From contig JACRMM010000063.1 of assembly GCA_016214985.1 (NCBI GenBank), forward strand, positions 5,460 through 69,459: a stretch of DNA of 64,000 bases, read 5' to 3'. A model generated the notes under the pieces. The model saw only the letters and a list, made by a program, of their open reading frames with translations. It was not told the DNA's origin and searched no databases. How positions within the stretch are numbered: the first letter of the stretch is position 1; each line of letters begins with the position of its first letter. A program made the translations under genes and the position numbers. The stretch is from Deltaproteobacteria bacterium (lineage in GTDB: Bacteria; Desulfobacterota; Deferrisomatia; Deferrisomatales; JACRMM01). Below, one piece after another: positions 16,202-24,823 of this stretch.

Positions 16202-17950
16202 TCAGGCGAGGCCGTGCTCCTTGAGCTTGTAGTAGAAGTTCCGGATCGAGATCCCGAGGCTCTTGGCCGCCTCGTTCCGGCTGCCCCCGTGGACTTCCAG
16301 TGCGCTCCGGAGGAGGTTTCGCTCCCACGCGTTGCGCAGGTCAGCGTACGTGCCCCCCAGGTAGGGGCTCGGAAGATCGTGGGACGCGGGGCCCGGCGTC
16401 GGGGTGACCTGGATGTGCGCGGGCTCGATGGCCGCGTCGTCGGGCTGGACGTTGATCAGCCCCCTGCCGATCGCATTCTCCAGCTCTCGAATGTTCCCCG
16501 GCCAGGCGTACTTCTTCATGTACTCGATCGTTTCGGGCGCGAGTTCCTTGAGGGTTCGCTGGTAGTAGTCCTGGCTCACTCGGGCGAGCAAGTAGTTCGC
16601 CAGGAGCGGGATGTCTTCCTTCCTCTCGCGAAGCGCCGGGACGACGATCGGCATCACGTTGAGGCGATAGTAGAGGTCCTGCCGAAACTCGTTTCGTTCC
16701 ATCATCTGCTCGAGGTCGGCGTTGGTCGCTGCAATCAGGCGGACGTCTACGCGTCTTGGCCTGCTGCTGCCGATCCGGAGAACTTCCCGCTCCTGGAGAG
16801 ACCGCAGGAGCTTCGCCTGGAGCTCCACGGGCGCGTCCGCAACCTCGTCGAGAAAGAGCGTGCCGCCGTCGGCCTCTTCGAAGTACCCCTTCTTCCCTTC
16901 CTTCCTGGCTCCGGTGAAGGCTCCGGGCTCATACCCGAAGAGCTCGCTCTCTAGGAGCTCCTTGGGGATGGCCGCGCAGTTCACCCGGATGAAGGGCTTG
17001 TCGCCCCGATCGCTCGCGTGGTGGATGGCGTGGGCGAACAGCTCCTTTCCCGTCCCGCTCTCGCCGCGCAGGAGGACCGTCACGGGGGTCTTGGCCGCCC
17101 GCATGGCCAGTTCCTTTGCCTTGCGGATCGCGCGGCTATCTCCGACGATGTCATCGAACGTGTGCTTCGACTCCAGGCGCCGGATGATCTGCCTGGCTTC
17201 GGCCAACTCCGTGGAGACGCGGCAGATCTCCGAGAGATCCTGGATCACCGCCACGCTGCCCCTTGGCTCCCCGTTCACGATCAACGGAGCCGCGTTCACG
17301 ACGACCTCCCGCCCGCCGGGCCCAAGCCTGAGCCTTGCTCCCCGGATCGGCTCGCCGGTGCGCTGCACCCGCAGGTGAACGCTCTCGCCCTCCGCGATGT
17401 CCACCGTCACAGACTTGTGGAGGACGTGTTCTTCGGAGAGCCCGACGAGTTGGGAGTAAGCGGGGTTGATGAGGACGGTTTCGCCTCGTTCGTTGGCGAC
17501 CGAGATCGCGTCTTGGGAGCATCGGATGATCGCCTCCGTCAGCTCCCGGGTCTCCTTCAGGTTCCGGATCTCGTTCGCAAGCGCCTGCACCTCGCTCATG
17601 TCCTGGAAGATCGTGACTGCGCCCCTCACCTTCCCCCCAGGGTCGCGGACGATCATGCGGCTTGCGATCACGGCCGTGCCGCCAACCTCTTCGCGCCGAT
17701 GCGGCTCGTCCGCATTTCCGCGCATGACCTCGGGCAGCCGGCAATTCTGCATCACCTCGCCCACCGGCTTGCCGATCGCCTCCGCGGCCGAGCGCTGCGA
17801 CAGCTCGGCCGCGCGCCGGTTGAAGAGAACGATGATTCCCTCCTTGTCGATGGCGACGAGGGCCTCCGACAGCGCGTCCAGAACCGAACTGAACTCTTCC
17901 AGCGACATGCGCGGTGCAATCATCCGAGCCCTCCGGGGCCTTTTCGACAC
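16202..17950 (-). CDS. Sigma-54-dependent transcriptional activator with tandem PAS sensor domains and C-terminal Fis-type HTH
   Basis: Walker [15 protein letters not shown] loop ([10 protein letters not shown]), DEVADAP Walker B, C-terminal [23 protein letters not shown]. The N-terminal ~260 aa carry two PAS-like repeats. Confidence 0.9.
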   Translation of the reverse strand: MSKRPRRARMIAPRMSLEEFSSVLDALSEALVAIDKEGIIVLFNRRAAELSQRSAAEAIGKPVGEVMQNCRLPEVMRGNADEPHRREEVGGTAVIASRMIVRDPGGKVRGAVTIFQDMSEVQALANEIRNLKETRELTEAIIRCSQDAISVANERGETVLINPAYSQLVGLSEEHVLHKSVTVDIAEGESVHLRVQRTGEPIRGARLRLGPGGREVVVNAAPLIVNGEPRGSVAVIQDLSEICRVSTELAEARQIIRRLESKHTFDDIVGDSRAIRKAKELAMRAAKTPVTVLLRGESGTGKELFAHAIHHASDRGDKPFIRVNCAAIPKELLESELFGYEPGAFTGARKEGKKGYFEEADGGTLFLDEVADAPVELQAKLLRSLQEREVLRIGSSRPRRVDVRLIAATNADLEQMMERNEFRQDLYYRLNVMPIVVPALRERKEDIPLLANYLLARVSQDYYQRTLKELAPETIEYMKKYAWPGNIRELENAIGRGLINVQPDDAAIEPAHIQVTPTPGPASHDLPSPYLGGTYADLRNAWERNLLRSALEVHGGSRNEAAKSLGISIRNFYYKLKEHGLA

Positions 17951-18108
17951 GTCCCTTTGGTGCGGGCACTAAACGCTGTTAGTGGCGTCCAACTATTACC
18001 GATGCAGGAGTATCTAGCCACGTGGGAGGCCGCTGGTCAAGCGAAGGCATCATGATTCAAACGAGAACTTGAAGTAATGAAACAGCCCGCCTTTACGCCG
18101 GCAATCCG

Positions 18109-19440
18109 TCAGAATGCTGAGAGCTCCAGCCCCAGGGAGACGGAGTACCGGACGGCACTGCCGAACTCGTCGCGGCTTCCCCCGGTCCCGGCTCCGCCGA
18201 AACCGAACAGCCGCCACCGATCGGACAGCGACCACTCACCGAAGCCGGTGGCGAGCGCGCTTCCGTCGTCGAGGTTCTGGGTCCAGCGCAGGGTGACCGT
18301 CAGGCGGTCGGCGATCTCGGTCTGGAGGTACTGGGCGAAGAGGTAGCGCCGACGCAGGAGTCGCAGCCCCAGTGACGACGGGCCGGCGGCCCGGGGAACC
18401 GAGAGGCCTTGCTCGGCCAGGGCTCCGGCCCGGTGCGCCAAGTCGAAGAAGCGCTCCGCCTGCCCGTCCCCGTATCCTTCTCCGTTCCACACCCCTTCGA
18501 GGGAGAGAGTCGGGCCGAAGGCGACGGTGTAGGCCGCGCCCCCCGCTGCGGTCACGAAGGCGGCCGCGTCGTCGCGGCGGGTCGCCTCGAGGTGTCCGCC
18601 CAGGGGGCCGAGGTCGGCCACGGGGTAGAGGGCGGCCGAGCCCCGGGAGACGCTCGCCTCGCCGCACAGGAGGAGCGCGTCGGACGCGGTCCACTGGCCG
18701 AAGCCCCGAAGCGAGGTCTGGGCGTCGGGACCACCGTGGACGAGGGCGCCCCCGCTCGCCTGGCGGCCCACCCAGTCGGCCTTGAGGGCGTGGGAGGGGT
18801 GCCAGTCCCGTCCCCCAGGATCTCTCTCTCCCGGGCCGGTATTGGTGATCCAGGACACGGTCCAGACCGAGGAGGGAAGGAGCACGACACGCAGGAAGTC
18901 CTGTCCCCCGATCTCTCGCACCGGGTTCTCGCGCCCGTTCTCGGCGAAAAACGGGTTCGAGGGGTTCAGGAGCTGGCCCGGCCCCCACTGAAGGTTCTCC
19001 CGTCCGAAGGAGGCGAAGAGCGGCTCGGCGAGGCGAAGCCGAGCCACCCCCTCCAGGAGGAGGAGGTCGGCGTGGTCCTCGGAGCGGCCCGCCCTGGGGC
19101 CGTCCTGCCAGTGATCCCGAGTCCAGCGGGCGCGGGGCTTGGCCGACAGGGTTACGCGATCGAGGTCCAGACCCACGTCGAGTCGGGCCTCGACCTCGGA
19201 GGTCTGGCGCGGGAGGCGGAGCGCCTGATTGTCCGGGTTTAGGCTGCCGAGGCTCGGTCTCTGGTAGCGGTGGGACCCGAGAAGGCGCAGGGTGGCCGTC
19301 GCGCGGCTCCAGACGTCGCTTGCCGGGGCGGACCGCTCGGCCGGCAGAGTATCCGCTGAGTCGGAGGGTTCGACGGCCGACCAGGCCGGGGCTCCGGCCA
19401 GGGTCGCGACCAGGAGGGCCCAGACGCCAGTCCGGGTCAT
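18109..19440 (-). CDS. Predicted outer-membrane beta-barrel protein (hypothetical)
   Basis: ATG 19440 overlaps the stop of the LolA-like gene (ATGA). Signal peptide MTRTGVWALLVATLAGAPAWSA. Alternating beta-strand-like sequence. Terminal ...LELSAF (C-terminal Phe). The track ORF extension to 20046 is a shadow. Confidence 0.7.
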   Translation of the reverse strand: MTRTGVWALLVATLAGAPAWSAVEPSDSADTLPAERSAPASDVWSRATATLRLLGSHRYQRPSLGSLNPDNQALRLPRQTSEVEARLDVGLDLDRVTLSAKPRARWTRDHWQDGPRAGRSEDHADLLLLEGVARLRLAEPLFASFGRENLQWGPGQLLNPSNPFFAENGRENPVREIGGQDFLRVVLLPSSVWTVSWITNTGPGERDPGGRDWHPSHALKADWVGRQASGGALVHGGPDAQTSLRGFGQWTASDALLLCGEASVSRGSAALYPVADLGPLGGHLEATRRDDAAAFVTAAGGAAYTVAFGPTLSLEGVWNGEGYGDGQAERFFDLAHRAGALAEQGLSVPRAAGPSSLGLRLLRRRYLFAQYLQTEIADRLTVTLRWTQNLDDGSALATGFGEWSLSDRWRLFGFGGAGTGGSRDEFGSAVRYSVSLGLELSAF

Positions 19441-20174
19441 CGCATCAGGAGGTTTAGGTTGAACGTTGCGTCGGGGAGTCTCTTCACCTCGATGTCGGCG
19501 TACTCGAGCGTGGTGACCGCCTCGGGTCGGAGCGCGTCCCGGATCACCATCCGGTTCACGAACGGGATCCTCTCGCCCTCGAAGACGATGCCGTGGCCGT
19601 AGCGAAACTCCGCGGACTTGAACCGCTTGCCGCTCACCGTGTAGAAGTCGGCCTTCACGCCGACGAGTCGGGACTTCGAGACCCAGTAGACGATCCGGTC
19701 GTAGGTCACGTTCTTCGCGCGGGCGGTGAGGTCGAACACGTAGCACGGCTCTCCTTCCACCCCCTCTTCCCCTCGGATCGTCCCGTCGTAGTCCCCGGCG
19801 TAGTTGGTGCTCGCGAGGTCTCCGTTGGCTGCCTCGCCCATGAGTTTCTGGCGGGGGCTGATCGGCACGGGCCTCGACAGGCCGGGCTTCACGAACCACA
19901 TGTTTCGCCCGGCCATCAGGACCTTCTGTCCCTTGATCCGCGGCGGGGCGAGGAACGTCGCCAGCACGTCTTCCCCGCGGGCCTTCACCTCGAGGGTCTG
20001 GGCCCGCTCCTCGCCCTCGCCCGTCGACGTGAGGGTCACCCTCCACACGAGGCCCGGCACGTTGCCCCGGGCGCGGTCGGCCCGGTCGAGGATGTCCCGA
20101 GGCGTGAGAGCGCCGGCCGCTGCCAGAGGCCAGACGAGCGACGCGAGGCCGACCAGGGCGCGGAAGCGGCGCAT
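19437..20174 (-). CDS. Outer membrane lipoprotein-sorting (LolA-like) protein
   Basis: Signal peptide MRRFRALVGLASLVWPLAAAGA. The body matches the LolA-like family usually paired with FtsX-type ABC permeases (NMWFVKPGLSRPVPISPRQKLMG...). Confidence 0.7.
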   Translation of the reverse strand: MRRFRALVGLASLVWPLAAAGALTPRDILDRADRARGNVPGLVWRVTLTSTGEGEERAQTLEVKARGEDVLATFLAPPRIKGQKVLMAGRNMWFVKPGLSRPVPISPRQKLMGEAANGDLASTNYAGDYDGTIRGEEGVEGEPCYVFDLTARAKNVTYDRIVYWVSKSRLVGVKADFYTVSGKRFKSAEFRYGHGIVFEGERIPFVNRMVIRDALRPEAVTTLEYADIEVKRLPDATFNLNLLMR

Positions 20175-20190
20175 CTTGCCTCCTTCCTTC

Positions 20191-21426
20191 TCACACGTGG
20201 CCCAGAGCGTCCACGATGGTGTGACGAGCGGCCCTGAGCGCGGGCAGCGCGGCCGATCCGATGGACAGCGCGACGAAAAAGACGAACCCCAGCGCGAAGA
20301 CGCGCGGCACCAGGTCCACCGCGATCGCCACGTCCTTGGCGATGCCGGGCGGGTTGTACGTCACGTGGGCCCAACGTAGGAGGAGGTGGCCGGCGACGGT
20401 CAGCACGGAGCCGACCGCGCTCCCGAGTACACCGAGGAGCGCCCCCTCCCAGGCGAAGAGCGCGACCACCCGGCGCCGCTTCAGCCCCAGGGCCCGCAGC
20501 GTCCCCACCTCGCGGGTTCGCTCGTACACCGCCATGGACATGGTGTTGAACGTGCCCATGACCACGATCACGAGGACGATCGTGAACAGGAACAGGAATA
20601 CAACGTCCAGGTAGCCCTTGACCTTCTGGTAGTACACGGAGAGCTCGTCCCAGCTCTTGATCTCGGTGCGGCTGCCGTCGGCGGCGAGGGTTCGGGCGAG
20701 CCTCGCGCGGGCCGCCGGAACGACGTCGTTGCCGCTCAACAGCACGCAGAGCCGGTCGGCACCGTCGAAGTCGTAGAGGTTGCGGGCGAGGGCGAGGGGA
20801 AGCTTCAGGTACTTGTCGTCGAGGGCGTCGCTCAGGGTGGACACCTCGCCGACCATCTGGATGTCCACGGCGTTCATCTGGCCGCTCTGGGTGGTGGCCA
20901 TGACCACCGCGTCGGAGCCGACCGTGAGCCGGAGCACGCGCGCGAGCTTTGGCGCTATGAATGCGGCGTAGGCCGGCGTCTCGGGCAGAATCTGGCGCTT
21001 GAAATCCGCTGGTCCCCGATAGAACGACCAGAGGGACCGCTCGTCCGCCGGATCCATGGCATCGGCGAGGAACACCGCTGAGGCGGCGCCGTTGGTGACG
21101 AGACCCGACAGGGAGAGCTTCGGCGCGACCCAGACCACGTCGGGATCGGCACGCACGGTGCGAGTCACGCGCTGAAGCTCCGCGCCCGAGAAGAGGTACT
21201 TCTCGGGATCGAGCCGCCCCTCTTCCAGAAAGCCCTGCTTGAAGATGACCAGGTGACCCGGAGACTCCACGTAGATCGCTCCGGTCGAGATCTGCTCGTA
21301 GGAGTCGTGGGTGTACCCCTTGAACGTGCACACGGCCATGTACCCAAAGGCGATGGCCAGCGCCGCAATGAGGCTCCGGCGGCGATTCTTGAGGACGTTT
21401 CGGAAGGCGATCCGAAGCAGCGTCAC
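20191..21426 (-). CDS. ABC transporter permease, FtsX/MacB/LolCE family
   Basis: 411 aa. N-terminal TM (RNVLKNRRRSLIAALAIAFGY), large periplasmic domain, C-terminal FtsX 3-TM bundle with REVGTLRALGLKRR. Confidence 0.85.
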   Translation of the reverse strand: MTLLRIAFRNVLKNRRRSLIAALAIAFGYMAVCTFKGYTHDSYEQISTGAIYVESPGHLVIFKQGFLEEGRLDPEKYLFSGAELQRVTRTVRADPDVVWVAPKLSLSGLVTNGAASAVFLADAMDPADERSLWSFYRGPADFKRQILPETPAYAAFIAPKLARVLRLTVGSDAVVMATTQSGQMNAVDIQMVGEVSTLSDALDDKYLKLPLALARNLYDFDGADRLCVLLSGNDVVPAARARLARTLAADGSRTEIKSWDELSVYYQKVKGYLDVVFLFLFTIVLVIVVMGTFNTMSMAVYERTREVGTLRALGLKRRRVVALFAWEGALLGVLGSAVGSVLTVAGHLLLRWAHVTYNPPGIAKDVAIAVDLVPRVFALGFVFFVALSIGSAALPALRAARHTIVDALGHV

Positions 21427-22109
21427 CCCCGCACCTCTTCGCCGCAGATACGGCCGTCCTCGAGACGGATCAGGCGCTTCACCTGGTCGAGGAGCCTCGG
21501 GTCGTGGGTGGAGAAGAGAAAGGTGGTCCCGTGGGAGTCGTTGAGCGCCCGCATGAGCCGAACGATGTCATGGCTCGTCTCGGAGTCGAGGTTTGCCGTG
21601 GGCTCGTCGGCGACGACGAGGTCGGGCTCGGTCACCAGGGCCCGCGCGATGGCCACCCGCTGCCGCTGGCCGCCGCTCATCCGGTCGGGGCGATGCCGCG
21701 CGGTGTCGGTCAGCCCCACCTCCTCGAGTCGTTGGGCGGCGCGGTCACGGCACAACCGGGTCGGCTCTCCGCGGAGTTGCAGGGGCAACATGACGTTTTC
21801 GAGCGCCGAGAGCACGGGGACCAGGTTGAAGCTCTGAAAGATGAACCCAATGCGGTGGTTGCGAAACTCGGCCCTCCGGTTCTCCGAGAGTCCGGCGGCG
21901 TTCTCCCCGGCGATCCGGACCGAGCCGGCATCTGGCTCGTCGATCATGCCCACGAGGTTCAGAAGGCTCGTCTTTCCGCTGCCCGAGGGGCCCCAGATGG
22001 CCAGGAACTCGCCGGCCTCGACGGTCAGATCGACACCCCGCAGGGCGTGGACCCGCGTCTCGCCCAGTCGGTACACCTTCTCGACGCCTTGAAGCTCCAC
22101 GAGGGCCAT
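21423..22109 (-). CDS. ABC transporter ATP-binding protein (LolD/MacB-type)
   Basis: Start MALVELQGVEKVY. Walker A GPSGSGKTS, signature MSGGQRQRVAIARAL, Walker B LVVADEPT. 4-nt overlap with the permease. Confidence 0.9.
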   Translation of the reverse strand: MALVELQGVEKVYRLGETRVHALRGVDLTVEAGEFLAIWGPSGSGKTSLLNLVGMIDEPDAGSVRIAGENAAGLSENRRAEFRNHRIGFIFQSFNLVPVLSALENVMLPLQLRGEPTRLCRDRAAQRLEEVGLTDTARHRPDRMSGGQRQRVAIARALVTEPDLVVADEPTANLDSETSHDIVRLMRALNDSHGTTFLFSTHDPRLLDQVKRLIRLEDGRICGEEVRG

Positions 22110-22202
22110 GGGTTCCTCAACAACGCGGAAAACAGCACCGCACGGGCCAATGCCCGTCCTGCAGCAGCCCACTACCCTAGCCCGTCTGCCGTCGCCGCAC
22201 AA

Positions 22203-22238
22203 GCCGCGCCAACAGCCGCGCCAACAGCCGCGCAGCCA
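22203..22238. repeat. 12-bp direct repeat GCCGCGCCAACA x2 plus a degenerate third copy
   Basis: Read directly from the divergent intergenic region between the ABC ATPase (-) and the acetyl-CoA synthetase (+). Confidence 0.6.
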
Positions 22239-22378
22239 GCGCAGCGGAGAGTGGGGCGAATCAGATTGACACGTTCGCGGCCCACCGTTAGACAGGACCG
22301 GCCGGTCGGACGATCTCCGGGCGTGGGGGAACGTCGCGCCGGGCGAGAGAGCGGGCAGGGGACGAGGGAAGGTGACGC

Positions 22379-24541
22379 ATGGATCAGGTAGGCGACCGCA
22401 GGCCCCTCTCCGAGGCCGCGTCGAAGCGGCTCCTGGCGAGCTTCGGAATTCCGGTCGTGGAGGAGGCAGTGGCGGCCGATGCGGAGGAGGCCGCCTCCCT
22501 GGCCGAGCGCTTCGGGTACCCGGTGGTGCTGAAGGCGCTCGGGGCGCGCCTTGCCCACAAGACTGAGCGGGGCCTCGTGAAGCTCGCCCTTGCCGATGCC
22601 GGAGCGGTCGCCCGCGCGGCTGTAGAGATCCGGGAGAGGGCAGGGGACGACCTGGAGGGGTTCCTCGTCCAGCCCCTCCTTACCGGCCGGCGCGAGTTCG
22701 TGGCCGGGCTCTTCCGGGATCCGGTCTTCGGGCCCGTGGTGATGTTCGGCCTGGGCGGTGTGTTCACGGAGGCGCTCGCGGACACGACGTTTCGCCTGGC
22801 GCCCCTGAGCCGCGCGGACGCGGACGAGATGCTGGACGGCGCGCGCTGCGCACCGCTCCTCGGCGCGTTTCGGGGCGAGGCGCCCGCGGATCGGGACGCT
22901 CTCGCGGCGGCGCTCCTGGGCCTATCGCGGCTCGCGCTCGAGCGGCCGGACGTGGCCGAGGTGGACGTCAACCCGCTCCTCGTCGACAGCGAGGGCCGGG
23001 TCGCCGCGGTCGACGCCCTCGTGGTGCTCCGGGAGCCGAGCGAGCCCGGGGCCGGCCGGCCCCGGATCGCACCGGAGGAGGTCCGGGCCCTCTTCTGTCC
23101 GCGCTCGGTCGCGTTCATCGGCGCATCGGCGGGCCTGGGCAAGTGGGGACAGGTACTGCCCGCAAACCTCCTGGCCGGCGGCTTCCCCGGCCCGGTGTAC
23201 CTGGTGAACGCCAAGGGAGGCATCCTCTTCGGCCGCCCGGTCTACCGGTCGGTCGCGGACGTACCGGGTCCCGTGGACCTCGCCGTGATCACGGTACCCG
23301 CCGAGAAGGTGTTGGCCCTCTTCCCAGACCTCCGGGGGAAGGGGGTCCGCCACGCCGTCGTGATCACGTCGGGCTTCGGCGAGACGGGACCGGAGGGGCG
23401 GGAGCGGGAGGCGAGCCTGCTGGCTGCGGCGCGGGAGTCGGGGGTCGTGCTCCTGGGCCCGAACACCATGGGCCTCTGTAACCCGCCCGCGGGCGTGTTC
23501 CTCACTGGCGTCCACGTCCGGCCCCGGCCCGGAACCACCGCGCTGGTCTCCCAGTCGGGCAACCTGGGGGTGCAGCTCCTCACCTTTGCCGAGCGCCAGG
23601 GCCTGGGGATCCGCGCGTTCGCCGGGAGCGGGAACGAGGCGATGGTGTCGGTGGAGGACCTCCTTGAGGCGCTCGGGGAGGACGACCTCACGCGCACGGT
23701 CGTCCTCTACGTGGAGAGCATCAAGGACGGGCCGCGGTTCTTCGAATTGGCACGCCACGTCGGCCGCCGAAAGCCCGTCGTCGTGCTCAAGGGGGGACGC
23801 ACGGGCGCGGGCGCGGCCGCCGCGGCGAGTCACACGGGGGCGATGGCCTCGGACCTTCACGTCTTCGAGGGGGCCTGCCGGCAGGCGGGTGTCATCCTGG
23901 TGGAGCAGCCCACAGACCTCCTCGACGCGTCCGCGGCATTCTCCTCCGTTCCCCTCCCCGAGGGCCGGCGCGTGGCCATCCTGACGCTGGGCGGAGGGTG
24001 GGGCGTGGTGGCGAGCGACCTGTGCGCCGAGCACGGCCTGACCGTGCCGGAGCTGTCCGCTGAGGTCGTCCGGCGCCTCGACCGTCTTCTTCCGTCCTAC
24101 TGGAGCCTTGCCAACCCCGTGGACCTGGTGGGCGAGAACGACCCCGACCTGCCCATTGCCGCCCTGGAGGAGCTCGCGAGGTGGGAGGGATGCGACGCCG
24201 TGTTGAACCTCGGCATCCAGGGAAGGACCGGCTGGCTCGACACCTTGCTCGCGGCCACTGCCGCCGTGGACGCTGCGTTCCGGGCCGAGGGCAGCGCCGC
24301 GGAGCGGCTCGCAGCCGCAGAGATCCTGGAGGCCCGCTACGTGGCCCACACCGCCCGCCTCATGGACCGATATGGAAAGCCGATTCTGGGCGTGGGCATG
24401 GCCTCGGGCCCGCCGCAGCCGACGCTGCGCGACGTGGAGGGGTCGGCGCACAAGGGCGTCTTCTTCGACAGCCCCGAGCGAGCCGTCAAGGCGCTGGCGC
24501 GACTGTGCGACTACCGTCAATTCCTCTCACGGGGCCCCTGA
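22379..24541 (+). CDS. Acetate--CoA ligase (ADP-forming) family protein, fused, with the ATP-grasp (beta) domain N-terminal to the CoA-binding/ligase (alpha) domains
   Basis: N-terminal ATP-grasp (YPVVLKAL...VAEVDVNPLLV). Then CoA-binding RSVAFIGAS...VNAKGG, SQSGNLG, and catalytic His region AASHTGAMAS. Confidence 0.85.
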   Translation: MDQVGDRRPLSEAASKRLLASFGIPVVEEAVAADAEEAASLAERFGYPVVLKALGARLAHKTERGLVKLALADAGAVARAAVEIRERAGDDLEGFLVQPLLTGRREFVAGLFRDPVFGPVVMFGLGGVFTEALADTTFRLAPLSRADADEMLDGARCAPLLGAFRGEAPADRDALAAALLGLSRLALERPDVAEVDVNPLLVDSEGRVAAVDALVVLREPSEPGAGRPRIAPEEVRALFCPRSVAFIGASAGLGKWGQVLPANLLAGGFPGPVYLVNAKGGILFGRPVYRSVADVPGPVDLAVITVPAEKVLALFPDLRGKGVRHAVVITSGFGETGPEGREREASLLAAARESGVVLLGPNTMGLCNPPAGVFLTGVHVRPRPGTTALVSQSGNLGVQLLTFAERQGLGIRAFAGSGNEAMVSVEDLLEALGEDDLTRTVVLYVESIKDGPRFFELARHVGRRKPVVVLKGGRTGAGAAAAASHTGAMASDLHVFEGACRQAGVILVEQPTDLLDASAAFSSVPLPEGRRVAILTLGGGWGVVASDLCAEHGLTVPELSAEVVRRLDRLLPSYWSLANPVDLVGENDPDLPIAALEELARWEGCDAVLNLGIQGRTGWLDTLLAATAAVDAAFRAEGSAAERLAAAEILEARYVAHTARLMDRYGKPILGVGMASGPPQPTLRDVEGSAHKGVFFDSPERAVKALARLCDYRQFLSRGP

Positions 24542-24823
24542 GTCGCCCATGACCTTCGGTCACCCCGACGAATGAAACGGGAGCGGTCGGATGCCCCAGA
24601 GCGGAGCGGGACGCGGTCTTTGCAGGTTGCTTGCGACGGCGCGGCGGCGATGGCCCCTTCGTTCGGCCGAGAGATGCCCCAGACGCCCAGGGATCGTCCC
24701 GTGGAGCGGCGGGGCGCCCGGCCGCTCTTAGCGGGAGTTTCTTTCTAGGCCCTGGGGCGGGCAGGGAGGACGCCCAGATCTTGACCGACGTCAAGGTCGG
24801 CCCCGCTCCGGCGCGATAAGGTC

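Noticed and set aside
18109-20046. 645-aa version of the beta-barrel ORF extending over the LolA-like gene
   Set aside because: The upstream 200 aa is Arg/Gly/Pro-rich and overlaps the clearly homologous LolA-like gene. A signal peptide begins at the internal ATG 19440.
24549-24734. 8-codon ORF (MTFGHPDE) and 47-codon Arg-rich ORF upstream of the radical SAM gene as RiPP precursors
   Set aside because: No SD, no Cys/Ser/Thr-rich core or Gly-Gly-type leader, and composition typical of random high-GC frames. Kept only as a hypothesis to test in the radical SAM finding.
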